Shown here one piece after another: positions 1 through 11,479 of a DNA stretch of 64,000 nucleotides. The position numbers were made by a program, and so were the translations under genes. This stretch comes from Epiperipatus broadwayi. Taxonomy: Eukaryota; Animalia; Onychophora. The stretch spans positions 1,922,001 to 1,986,000 of the forward strand of contig JAQFVV010000008.1 in assembly GCA_028023455.1 (NCBI GenBank), read 5' to 3'. The number at the start of each line of letters is the position of its first letter. Position 1 is the first letter of the stretch. Under the pieces are notes generated by a model. The model saw only the letters and a program-made list of their open reading frames with translations. It did not search any database and had not been told where the DNA came from.

Positions 1-17
1 TGAAAAGATAAATAATC

Positions 18-61
18 ACCAATATACATATTTCATGCTAAACCAGAAATCATCAGTTGAT
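18..61 (-). ncRNA. Degenerate hammerhead, family C (inverted arm)
   Basis: Minus strand reads ATCAA CTGATGA TTTCTGGTTTAGCAT GAAA TATGTA TA TTGGT. Core intact, but helix II and the palindrome are mutated. Confidence 0.7.
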
Positions 62-436
62 CCAGATTATCATCTCTACACATATATGCAATAAGTGCTC
101 AGATGTATATTACGATAGCCAATCTTCATACTTTAATGGACAGGCTTCAATCCACTCCATGACTCACCACTATCCACTCTATCTCATAACACTGTATATG
201 TATTGAATGGATTATGTCCTGTACATGAGGGGTCAGATTGACTTTAGGTCAACATGGGTGTGACGAGAATCTCGGCCTCAGGGCGGCCTTCGAACATTTC
301 CACCATCAGATTTTCAATTGGATGGACAGTTGAAGAGTTGGAATGGATTGAAGCCTGTCCATTAAAATATGAAGATTGGCTATCTTAATATATGTCTGAG
401 CACTTATTGCATATATGTGTAGAGATGATAATCTGG

Positions 437-480
437 ACCAACTGATGATTGCTGGTTTAGCATGAAATACGTATATTGGT
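437..480 (+). ncRNA. Type-I hammerhead ribozyme, family C
   Basis: ACCAA-CTGATGA-T TGCT GGTTT AGCA T-GAAA-TACGTA-TA^TTGGT. Helix I ACCAA/TTGGT, extended by ATAATC/GATTAT past a TGG bulge. Helix II TGCT/AGCA. Palindromic helix III ATACGTAT. Predicted cleavage after 475 (AUA). Confidence 0.85.
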
Positions 481-716
481 GATTATTTATCTTTTCAACA
501 TATATGTGTTCCAGTGTATCGGTGTTATGAGATTGAGATAGAGTGGATAGTGATGGGTCGTGTGGAAGACTGTGCTCATATATCCTATATAAATATATAT
601 ATAAAAACTAATTATCCTTGCTCTTGTAAAAAAAAAAAAAAAAATTGAAGGACTCAGGAGGATTTGAATCAATCCTCATATATAAATATATCAAATGACT
701 ACTATCTGTTGCCTTT

Positions 717-860
717 GACAGAATAGCTCAGTTGATTAGAGCATTTTGCCTTAAATTCGATATTTAAGAATCTAAAGGTTGCGAGTTCAACTTCTATGCA
801 AATACTGCCACCATGCATATCAGGCCAGCAACACCTGAAGAAGAGTAGAGTATTACTAAT
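717..860 (+). mobile_element. tRNA-derived SINE (degenerate)
   Basis: A-box TAGCTCAGTTGA (724-735) and B-box-like GAGTTCAA (783-790) in a tRNA-like head that does not fold as an intact cloverleaf, followed by an unrelated body. Confidence 0.6.
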
Positions 861-869
861 TGTTTGTAT

Positions 870-985
870 TTGGAAAGTTTAAATAAAGTTTACATTCAGC
901 ATTCACCCATAGATGATGGAAATAGTCCAATATATCATATCTAATAATATATCATTATCACAAACCTTCAGGCAAATACCATACT
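870..985. repeat. Dispersed repeat fragment, second copy at ~27905-28030
   Basis: TAGATGATGGAAATAGT...CAAACCTTCAGG(C/A)AAA is shared between the two loci in the same orientation. Confidence 0.6.
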
Positions 986-2950
986 GTATGGTTTATTTTT
1001 TTTAAATAAAATGAATGGCATATAAAAGAAGTAGTGTATTCATATATTGTGGCTTCATTGTAATTACATATTCCTACAGGTAAATTAAAATTCATATCAT
1101 AAAAATATGCCAAAGACATTGTTAAACACATCAAGTAGCTAATGTAATACTGGGCAAACATAAAAACTATAAACACATTATTAGTGTTTTTTTTAGCTAA
1201 AAAATTACTGTATAAAAAAACCCGAACATTTTTGCACAGATTATGGATAACTTTAAATTCTTGATAAAAATGTGTTATGGATATCAATCTGATTATGGTA
1301 TTTTTTTAATATTTAATTTGATATTGAGATGGTAAATCTGAGTCAGATTTGCCGTTTCACAGTCTGACCCACCTAATTATTTATTTTACTAACGTTTGCT
1401 TTTTATTATTCTAAAAGGAAAACCTTTTTAACATTTTTTTTTAACTATCCTGAATAAATCCTAAAATTTATTTTGGATAGTGTTAATTATATATATATAA
1501 TTGTACTAATACACTAAATTATTCTATTTTTATTCTTAAAAAGAAAAAAAATTCAAGTAATAAATTTTGAATTTTTTTATATATTTTGTATATATGTATG
1601 TTTAAAATATCTTATTTTTTCAGTTTAAGAATTCAAGATGGTCTTTTCTGAAAGATTTGTACCTCGATAAGAAGTTTAAAATAAATGTTTAAATTAAAAA
1701 CAGAAATTACCAAAAATTCATTTACTTTGGAATTTCTATTTATTAACTAGTAGAGATCCTACATCATTATCTCAAAATAAAACTAACATAAAATTATATT
1801 GAAATCTATTGATCCTTATCGAGGTACAAACTTTCTAAAATTAGAATAAAAGCATAATTTCTATTGTTTCAAAAAGCAGATCACCTCAGGCAGCAGAGAA
1901 ATCGAAAGGTATAAATAGTGGTTCTTCTTAGACAGAAAAAAAGAAGACAAAGAGAAACAGAAAAAAAAAAAGAGTTTTAGAAGTCTCCACGCAATGACGA
2001 TCGAGTAGTAAAAAGGGTAAATCACTGCCCTTTCCTTACTGAGACCTGAAATCTTCCGTTATGCTGCTGTCAGCCTGCCTTCAAAGAAGCCATCTGCCAC
2101 CAACGTTCGCCTGCAGAAATCATCCCAGGGAACTTCAAGGTAAAATGCCGAAGAGCTTAAAATTTGTACTTTCGTCAAGAAGTTAGAAGAAACTATTATC
2201 GTAAGAATGTTAATGTAACTTCGTAAATCTTTAAAAAAAAATGTCAAAAGTTATTGTTTAGTAACTCTGTTAACTGATTCTTTAACCCTTTTCTTTTAAA
2301 TTGTAATGTTTCATAACTCAAGCTCACCATAATTTTTAATATTTTTGATTAATAGCTATGAATTTATTTATTTGTTTTTATATTAATTTTTAGCATGAGA
2401 TTTCATGCTTTAATTTTTTTTATTTTTTTTTCGACAAACTTCACTCGCGGGGACTTAAAGTTAGAGTAATTTGCTAAGAGAGCAAATTATGTTTACTAAG
2501 GGAAGGGAGTTTTAACAATGAACGATTTAATTTTAAAAATAAAATAAGTTAATCTATTTTTATATCGCAAGTGAAGTAATGTCGAATATATATATTTCAA
2601 AGATAAACTTACCGTAATTTTTAAATAAATTTATTATAGATTTCCCAGAATGGGATTCTATTATTTTATATTCCAGTAATTTAAAACAGAATAAAATATG
2701 CTATAGATTTTGACATTGTAACAGCGCCGCTGGATAGCGTCAGTTAATTATCATGCCTTTTTTTTTTTAAGTTAGGAAAGAGGGAAGGGGGGATTTATTC
2801 GAGAATTAAATTTCCTTATTTCTATATGTATGATTTTGCAGGTTAAATGTTTACATAAAGTAGTTGTTTACGCAGGTTGGTCTCTATGCAGTATTAGATC
2901 ATTTAAGGCTATTTAATTATAAGTCGTTCATATTTGATGATTATAATATC

Positions 2951-3279
2951 TCGGGTTAATAAAGAATGCTTGGAGTATTATGGACAGACCTAAAATGGTC
3001 ATTCATTTGGTGTTTTGGAGTTAGCTTCCGGTTTTGCATACGTCCGTGAATCAGATAGCATGGTTGAGATAGTGGGTTAGCTAGCGTGGTACCCATATAG
3101 GCGGGCATGGTTACTCTCCATAAGTCCTATCTCCTATCGGTATATGGCCACGACATGTGGACATATCGATTTCCCTTTTTATTCTTCATTGGAATAGACA
3201 TACAAGTGTCCATAATCCGGCCCGTATGTTCCTACCTACGTTTCTTCTCTCCTTTGCATTCGTATATTTATTAACCCGA
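2951..3279. repeat. GC/CpG-enriched block bounded by imperfect inverted repeats (MITE-like or foldback)
   Basis: TCGGGTTAATAAAGAATGC (2951-2969) pairs with GCATTC...TTTATTAACCCGA (3256-3279). ATTATGGAC (2977-2985) pairs with GTCCATAAT (3208-3216). Confidence 0.45.
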
Positions 3280-5230
3280 CATTGTTTTGTTTTTCTTTTG
3301 CCTATCTAATATGTAAGCCATAGGGAAGTGATTCTACTTAAGGATCTTCGATCTGAGTAATCAACTATCTTGTTTGTTTTCGTAATTAGTTAAAATCATT
3401 TGATTTTGGCTAATTCACGTTATAGTTCTTATAGGTATGATTTTAGTTGTAAGTCCAACTAAAGTGGCTTGTTTGCTTGATAATTAACTGATCTATTTTT
3501 TTTTGTTATAACCACTTGCAGTTTTAATCACTGTAAAGTTGGTTATAAGCTATTCCAGCAAGGTCCACTAATGTCATAAAACATTAGTTATATTGAAATC
3601 TAGATTATTATTTTCATAAAGAGAAATAAAATCAATTTTTTTGATATATGTTAGTGGAATAAGACGTCAAATTAGTCTTATTGGAATTGTTTATTTGATA
3701 TCCATTTTTAAATAAAATGTTTTTATTTAAAATCTTTTTTTGTAAAGAAGCAAACAGATATTTATTCCCTATATATCTCAGTCAGGCAAATGTTTATACC
3801 TGCTGCTGGATTATCAGCTTGTACTAAATGTGCAAGGATAATTTTAAAATCCGTGATCATTTAATGTTCAAATCATTTTTGTTTTATTTTAAAGGAAAAT
3901 AAATGTAAACAAACGTAGAAGTATATAAACTAAACAATGTAAAAGATAACCGCTAATATAAACTCATCATAAACTTATATAATTATAAAAGTTAATTTAA
4001 AGATTGTATTTTTTGTTTTCTGTTTTTAAAGAGCTTGAATTAAAATAGTAATGTAAAATGCTTAATGATTTTTAAATATATATATAACTAAAACTTCCAG
4101 TGTTCTTCGAATCATTTTTATTTATTTTATTTTAAATTATATTTTGATTTTAAATGTATCAATCAATCAATCACCCAAGTTCTCACTAAAATATATAATT
4201 AAAAATGAATCTCATGCTGGCACAGTGAAAGTAAAGGAATTCGATCGTATCGTCGAGAAAGGCTATTGATTATTAGATCTTTTACCTGGGGATATAGGTA
4301 AATAGGGCAGAATCCACGATGTACCTGACTTATATATCTTGTATATGGTCGGACTCGAGGTACTTTACCTGTGTTCAGGGGTTTGTTGGATTGATATGCG
4401 TTTTTTGACCGGTACAATATAAAAAGATTCCACTATGTAAAATGCACTTGCTTAATTTGTTATAGAAAATAAACTTTTAGGGGAAAATCAATCATTTCTT
4501 TTTGATTTTGAAAAATACTGCATAAAAAAGTTGTTGATTTTCATACAGCTTAAGTTAAACATCGCTGCTTTATAAAAATTTAAGTTTCATTTCCTATTAA
4601 AAATAAACTTCAGCTTAAAATTTTAATTTTATTGTTTCTGGATTATGCAAGCATTTGAGAAATTTGAATAATTTAAATTTTGTTTATTTTTTTTCTAAAA
4701 ATGTATCATGGATAGAAAACCGATCACATGGTCTTCCTTTTTTTACAATTGCTTTTTTTTTTTGTTTTCATTTTTTAATTAAATTAAAGAGAATAAATTT
4801 TTAATACAGAATTGAAAGTTTATTATTTTATGTTCATGTGCAATTGAGACTATATATGTATTACACCTTTCACTTAGCTTTTCATATTTTAGCCTGATTT
4901 TTAAATAATTCAACCTTTTCTTTACTGTATGCCCTGCAGAAATTGTAATCTGAATATATCGTTGCAATGCTATGTTAGCTGACTTAAGTATTATAAAAAA
5001 GGGTGCAAATTCAAGCAACTTGGATTAATGACAGTGTACCTATATCATTTTCTTAAAAAAGTAATTTTTGTAAAATTATAAAACATGTATATATTATTTG
5101 GTATATATTATAATAATTGTATTGATAAAAAATCAAGTCAGATGACCTAATTTTAATAAAGCTTGTATTTACTAATGTTATATATAGAGTAAATAAAAAA
5201 CAAACTCTTAACAAGCTTCAAAAACCCTCA

Positions 5231-5272
5231 ACCCCAGACCGCAGTTTCTGCATCTAACGTCATCAGTGAGGT
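5231..5272 (-). ncRNA. Hammerhead, family B (inverted arm, slightly decayed)
   Basis: Minus strand reads ACCTCA CTGATGA CGTTAGATGCA GAAA CTGCGG TC TGGGGT. Confidence 0.75.
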
Positions 5273-5806
5273 GTTAGGGATTAAAAACACTAAAACTAGT
5301 CTAGCATTTTATCAATGCCTAACTATTGAGAAGAAAATCTGAAACCTTCAGACATTTAAATGTCCAAAAATCCAGCTATCTAACTCAAATAGCTGTATGG
5401 GACTGAACCAAAATCGCCAAAGCCTTAATAGCAAAAAACTAAAATTAAATTGATAAAAAATCAAGTCAGATGACCTAATTTTAATAAAGCTCGTATTTAC
5501 TAATGTTATATATAGAGTAAGTAAAAAACAAACTCTTAACTCTTAACGAGCTTTATTAAAATTAGGTCATCTGACTTGATTTTTTATCAATTTAATTTTA
5601 GTTTTTTGCTATTAAGGCTTTGGCGATTTTATATTGCTAGAGCTATTAATATATGGTGTATCTGAATTTGGTTCAGTCCCATACAGCTATTTGAGTTAGA
5701 TAGCTGGATTTTTGGACATTTAAATGTCTGAAGGTTTCAGATTTTCTTCTCAATAGTTAGGCATTGATAAAATGCTAGACTAGTTCTAGTGTTTTTAATC
5801 CCTAAC

Positions 5807-5848
5807 ACCTCACTGATGACGCTAGATGCAGAAACCGCGGTCTGGGGT
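5807..5848 (+). ncRNA. Type-I hammerhead ribozyme, family B
   Basis: ACCTCA-CTGATGA-C GC TAGAT GC A-GAAA-CCGCGG-TC^TGGGGT. Helix I extended by CCCT/AGGG. Palindromic helix III ACCGCGGT. GUC cleavage after 5842. Helix II is only 2 bp. Confidence 0.8.
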
Positions 5849-6747
5849 TGAGGGTTTTTGAAGCTTGTTAAGAGTTTGTTTTTTTACTTACTCTATATAT
5901 AATATAATAATTGTAATATGCATTACTTGTCTTTTTTATGTAGAGTAATGATTAAAAAGATTAATTAAGAAAATAAAAAGTTTGCAAATTTATTTTATAA
6001 ACTATTAGAAATAAATTTTTTTTTTTAATATATATTAGATACTTTTATAGACTGTGCACTAAAAACAAAAAAGAAACAATTGTTTCTTCAACCACAATTG
6101 GAGTTTTTAGATTTAACTTGGAATAAAAGCATGGGGGGTATCAGAAATTAATTAAATCAATCCCTAAAATATCTCAAGTTAAATCTAAGAATGCCAATTG
6201 TGGCTGAAGAAACAATTATTTTTTTAGTGCATGGTCAATAAAAGCTTTAATATAAATTTTTTTTTAACCTCTATTATTTTTTAAGTTTTTAGTACTGGCA
6301 CAGGAAATCAAAATGTAAAACTATATTGTACTTTAAACTGATTGGACATTTATAGTTGATGCATATATTGTGCTGGATGCTCCGCAGAATGATTTTACTT
6401 ACACTGTAAATGTTTTGGCTGGTTTCAAACTTCTTTATAATACATTTATAATCTTATTTAATTATAAATGTTACGTGAACGAACTAGCATGTTCGAGCAA
6501 AATGGGAAAGATTATTGATAGCTTTAACTATCAACAATACCCATGATCAGATTGTGGCCCATCTCGGCTGCTAAATTCAAACCCCTACTATCCAAACACT
6601 TTATTTGTTTCGGAGTAAACCCCGGGCTCCAGCTAGTTTAAGACTAACGTATTCGGACAGTAGGCTCATAATCCAGCGCTCGAAACAATCCCAAAACTAG
6701 CCCAGTCTAATTTTAATCAATAATAAAATATAGTCTAATTAGTGGTG

Positions 6748-6816
6748 ATAGAATTGACCGACAAAATAAGGTTTAAATTGGTAAATAGAATTGACCGACA
6801 AAATAAGGTTTAAATT
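6748..6816. repeat. Short tandem duplication
   Basis: ATAGAATTGACCGACAAAATAAGGTTTAAATT occurs twice. Confidence 0.85.
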
Positions 6817-8528
6817 TAAAGACAATTTATTAACATTAATTATACTAATTTTAAACATTTTTTTAAAATCTAATATCACACACACACATTTTAATTTAAC
6901 ACACTATAATACATCTTATGAGAAAGCATAAATAATATTTGACGTTTATAAATCATATAGCATTCACAAACACGCACATCAATAGTTCATTTTATGCATG
7001 CTTATAGAGTTCAAATTAATTGTCTCTGGAGGCTTTACGAATTAATGCGGTGGCTACTATATATTAATGAGAATAAGAAAATGTTTTACCTAGGATTTTT
7101 GGAACGTGGATATTGCTTGCTGTTAGCTGCTTCTGATGAAGTGTATCTAACCAATTAGATTTGAAGTTCCTTGAGAAGATTTGAGGCTAATCCGCTGGTA
7201 TTATTCTTGGAGACAGTTGAACATTGACGGAGAATTTCTGTGCTGTTAAGTAGACATTATTTCATGGGCAGGTTTCGCTGTTTCATTGGACTAGGGCTAA
7301 AGTAAGAGCGTATGTTCCCAAAAGCTGCTCAGCACTGCATTTCTGTTTCTGGATATATAATATAAACTGCACTGTTATCTCTAGACTAGACTAGACTAAA
7401 AACTAGACTGAAACTGAACGTCCGATAAAAATCTGGCTATTTATCTATGCGAAGTGTTTTTGTTTTAATGACTGCCGGCAATATGTGTTGTCGAAATTCC
7501 TTTAGTAGCTAATCCTTTTTAATCTTGTTGTTGGGTATTTTAATTAGCAGTCATCACAAACGTGTTGTTTTATAATTTTGATTAGTAGCCACCGCTGTGT
7601 TTTTAAATATATTTCATTTTAATATTTATTTTCATGTTTTCCAATATGATTTTAACACGCATTTATTATATATTTTACTAACAAGCTTACATTTATGCAC
7701 ACGTATAATTTATTATAATAAGCTCGAATGAAAAGAGATTTATATTTTAACTTTTAATTTATAATAATAACAACTCTTTAACTTCTTTTATGAACTCTTA
7801 GTTTTTTCTGTAGGAAAACTCCCTCTCCCCTCTTTTAATTAATCAATTGTAAGTTTTATTTCAAGAAATCTTAAACTTTTAATTATTTATTTTAACGAAT
7901 ACTAATAAGAAAAAAACTCTTTACTCCTTTTATAAACTTTTATGTTTTCTTTTATGACAGACTTTTAGTTTAATAATTTTTTTAGATAAAATTATTATGT
8001 GCCAATTTCAATATTGGTACAATATATTCCTAGATATTTCTATAAGTTAAAATGTGTATTCTTTATGTATATGTCATATTTAGTATGTGTACATAATATG
8101 TTTATATAAGTGATTAAAAATATGAAATATTCTTTTAAGTGAAAATAGCTTACCAAAATTATATTGTAAATGAACTTCACTTAATACATATAATTTTACC
8201 TTAACTATCAAGCCGCCATATTGAATTTTTTAAAATACTGGCCTGAGACACAATTTTCACAATAACTTCAGTTTTAATTATGTTAGAGCAAAAACAATTA
8301 CATTGCTAGAAACTAGCAAAATTAAGGAAAACAATAAACATAAAATAAATAGTGACAACTATATAAAAAATAAGGTAAAAAAGAAATTTTCACATCTGAA
8401 ATAATTATTATTTTGTTTGTTCATAATTTGGAAATTAACATTAATTAAAATTCAAAATACATCTTCAGTGATAATTTCTTTCTATTCCGCACAAAATTAT
8501 CTTTCTAAACATGTATAACATGTCTTAC

Positions 8529-8624
8529 CTGAGATAATCCACAGCTTCACAATCTCCAAAAGAAGTCGGATATGACTTTTTCATTTTTATCTTGTACCCC
8601 AAATGTTCTACATGTCAAAGGCAT
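8529..8624 (-). other. Candidate internal exon of an unidentified minus-strand transcript
   Basis: Acceptor tttttgttttag| and donor CAG|gtaaga. No full-length open frame from this acceptor. Product not recognised. Confidence 0.3.
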
Positions 8625-8979
8625 CTAAAACAAAAAGATTCATCCTAATAAAAGATACAAAAGAAATCATCATTGCAATTGGCTTCTTGTCTATCTAAAA
8701 CTAGAAATTGTAGGCTACTGTCTATATCACTGATAAAATGAGTTTCATCTCTTCATTTTATATTTTTTTGTATATAACAGTGATGTTTATATTCTTTATG
8801 GTCACCAGTGATGTTTATATTCTTTATGCAAAGAAGTGATGCTATCTTGTTATATTTATTGAACCACATAGATATAATTTATTTGCATATAGTCCATTTG
8901 TTAGCTATAGACTTGAAAATAATGTTATGAAACATATAGCAAAACCAAAGCATGAACAAGAATAAACAAAAACATAAAC

Positions 8980-9400
8980 AAGAATCAGAATTTGATTATA
9001 TGTTTGTGTATGCAATATTTGTATACATTTGATTAGTTTTATAACTCATTACTTGTAAACCATATTATTTTTATAAAATAAGAATCAGAATTTGATTATA
9101 TGCCTGCGTATAATTATAAATTATTATACTTTTTGAAAATCATTATTTTTATAAAATAAAAATCAGAATTTGATTTTATGCCTGCGTATAATTATAAATT
9201 ATTATACTTTTTGAAAATCATTATTTTTATAAAAATAAGAGGATTAGTATAGATAGAACGTTAGAAAATTATGACAGATATGAATTCTATATGAGCATAA
9301 ATAAATATATAACTATAAACTAACACACTAATTTTTCGATAGATATGAATTCTATATGAGCATAAATAAATATATAACTACAAACTAACACAGACTAATT
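8980..9400. repeat. Cluster of local tandem duplications (~80-bp and ~55-bp units)
   Basis: AATCAGAATTTGATT(A/T)TATG occurs three times. ATAGATATGAATTCTATATGAGCATAAATAAATATATAACTA occurs twice. Confidence 0.8.
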
Positions 9401-9599
9401 ACAAACTAAAATCAATAAAAAAGATAATTTTTTCAAAAAATTAAAAAAAAAATTTAATTTTTTTTATACTTTACGAGTAATTACGTTGAAGCTCTATTGT
9501 AGGCCTTGATTGTGAATAACATGTGGAAAATGTTGAGTTGCATTCGGTAAACCATTTTTTTTCTTTTATCGCTTTGTGGTAATTACAAAAGATATCAAA

Positions 9600-9750
9600 A
9601 ACGGAAAAAAATTTAATACTGTGGTTGATTAAAACTATTGCAAAAAATCCAAATTTCAACGGATTTTTTTGAGGTGAAGTTCGTTTGAAAGCTAAGACAT
9701 AGAGCTATAAAATGGCCATATTTTGATTGACGTCATGCTTATACTTTTTA
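9600..9750. promoter_or_regulatory. CpG-retaining promoter-like region, possibly bidirectional
   Basis: Local CpG retention, YY1-like AAAATGGCC (~9709), CRE TGACGTCA (~9728), and splice donors facing outward on both strands (9864 on +, ~9472-9482 on -). Confidence 0.5.
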
Positions 9751-9863
9751 TGTCAGTAAAGAAAGAAAATGACACGTCATCAAATGAGCGCACGAAGAGT
9801 GCACGCGGTGCAACAAAGCGGAAAAAGTTAAATCAATTTCACACATCACTAGATATTTCTGCA
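9750..9863 (+). CDS. Probable first coding exon of an unidentified gene (MSVKKENDTSSNERTKSARGATKRKKLNQFHTSLDISA|)
   Basis: ATG-initiated open frame ending at the donor GCA|GTAAGA (phase 0), basic NLS-like KRKK, directly downstream of the promoter-like region. Confidence 0.5.
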
Positions 9864-10331
9864 GTAAGATATGTATTCTCTATGTTTAGTATGTGCACAT
9901 AATATATAAGAAAGCAGTAACGTTTCTATTTAAAATTGTTGACATTTTTTCAATTTTAAAATGTTATTAAATTGAAAGAAAAAAATATTTATACTGCCCT
10001 CTTGCGAGTCTTACTTAAAACAAGTTCTAAGAATAGTTTTTAACTCTTATCCATGAAATTATTGAATATTATTAATATTTTCCCATCTTCTGTTCCATAT
10101 CTAAGAAACTAGGTCATCTAGTAAAAAGTTGAATGTCTTATATGGATTAATCTGGTATTACTTAGTTATATACCAGATTTCAAAGATATTAAATCTCAAT
10201 TTTAAAATTTCATTCTAACTTGAAACAATCAAAACTTAACAAATTGATTTTTCAACTTCAATAAAAGTATTTAAAAAATATGTTTAATTTTTAAAAAAAA
10301 ATATTTAGAAGTTTAAAATCTATAAATATAC

Positions 10332-10583
10332 CTTAGTATCAGCTAATTTTAATTCTTCTAAAGTGTCTTTTTCCCACCAAGGTCTTCCAGTTGTAGATTT
10401 TATTCTACTGACAGCTAGTAGTTTATATGATGGCCTGACATGTGGTTCTTGAACTCCACCAGTAGAATCAACAAGATTTTTTAGTACTTGATTGCGTGCT
10501 CCATAACTATGTCTTAATCTTGAAGTGTGATATAAGATGGGCAAAGAAGATAGGAAAGAAAATCTGGACTTTAACTGAAACAT
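10332..10583 (-). CDS. mRpL30: Mitochondrial ribosomal protein L30, first coding exon
   Basis: KLLAVSRIKSTTGRPWWEKDTLEELKL matches the MRPL30 motif as recalled (human [27 protein letters not shown]). Presequence-like N-terminus. Donor AAG|gtatat. Downstream exon not found. Confidence 0.85.
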
Positions 10584-11479
10584 ATATAAAAAAAGTGAAT
10601 GTATATTGTAAAAAACATTAATATTAGCAATAAACTGAATATTCCATTAACAAATGATGAATGAACCATGTGCAGATGAAGATAGAACAATACATATTTA
10701 GTCTGAAAAGTTAACGTGTGAACAAACATTAGTGTTCATTAATATACTTTATAATAAAGAACTTAAGAGTTAAAATATAAATGTTAATGTTGGATTAATA
10801 TCTAATGAATATCTATGAATAAACTTGAGATTTGGCCAGTACTTTGTTTTTTTTGTTGTGTTTAACACTTTAAATCTGTTAAATTGGTAAAAATATTACA
10901 TACTTTGACTGTTAAATTTTAATTTTATTTTATTCATTAAAAATACTACAGATATAAAAATAATTTTTTAATTCACCTTTTACTTATAAAGATTGCCTTG
11001 TTAATAAATTGAAAATTTATGGTGTAAATAAGCTTGACTTGCTATCATGCGATTTACATTTGTGAACCATGTAACTTTGTGCAAAATCAGGTTTATTATC
11101 CAAATGAATAGTAGCGGTTAAAAATATTATTAATTTACTTTCAAAAAGAGATTATATTAGCCTGTTTAATGGGGGTTTATTTAAACTTTTAAAAATCTTA
11201 ATCTGTTGTGTCAACTTTCTTGTCAACATTAAGATCTTAAATTAAAGTGAAATCCATCTTTTACTTATAGAGGTTGCCTTGCTGACAGATTAAAGATTTA
11301 TGATATAATCTTGGGCTACTATCATGTAATACAATATTGTAAATGTGTACAAAAAACAGAGAAATTGATCAGAACTATCTTATTAATGATATGCATAATG
11401 TGTAATAGATTTAACAAGCTAAATTACAAATGTTCATAAAATAATTAATCAAAAAATCTCATAAAAAGCCATATATTTT

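Larger units (their letters stand above)
1..590. mobile_element. Hammerhead-bearing foldback element, family C (left end outside window)
   Basis: 1-159 is the reverse complement of 339-497 with few mismatches. 160-200 is the reverse complement of ~515-566. Each arm carries a hammerhead core. Right boundary approximate. Confidence 0.75.
5122..5902. mobile_element. Hammerhead-bearing retroelement insertion, family B (tandem + inverted arms, 13-bp TSD)
   Basis: TSD TATAATAATTGTA at 5109-5121 and 5903-5915. The left arm is a partial tandem (TTGATAAAAAATCAAG at 5122 and 5450). The right arm (~5545-5902) is its reverse complement. Confidence 0.9.

Noticed and set aside
830-860. CCTGAAGAAGAG in the SINE tail as a hammerhead remnant
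   Set aside because: No downstream GAAA or helix III. Cannot be supported.
6480-6720. Mitochondrial rRNA-like insertion (NUMT)
   Set aside because: No diagnostic conserved rRNA motifs could be located.
7134-7185. CTGATGA followed by the hairpin ATCTAA/TTAGAT and GAAG, as a hammerhead
   Set aside because: GAAG instead of GAAA, and no helix I, helix III or UH triplet.
8529-8624. Exon as mRpL30 exon 2
   Set aside because: The phase-0 join gives MPLTCRTFGV...FWRL*, unrelated to the L30 C-terminal half.
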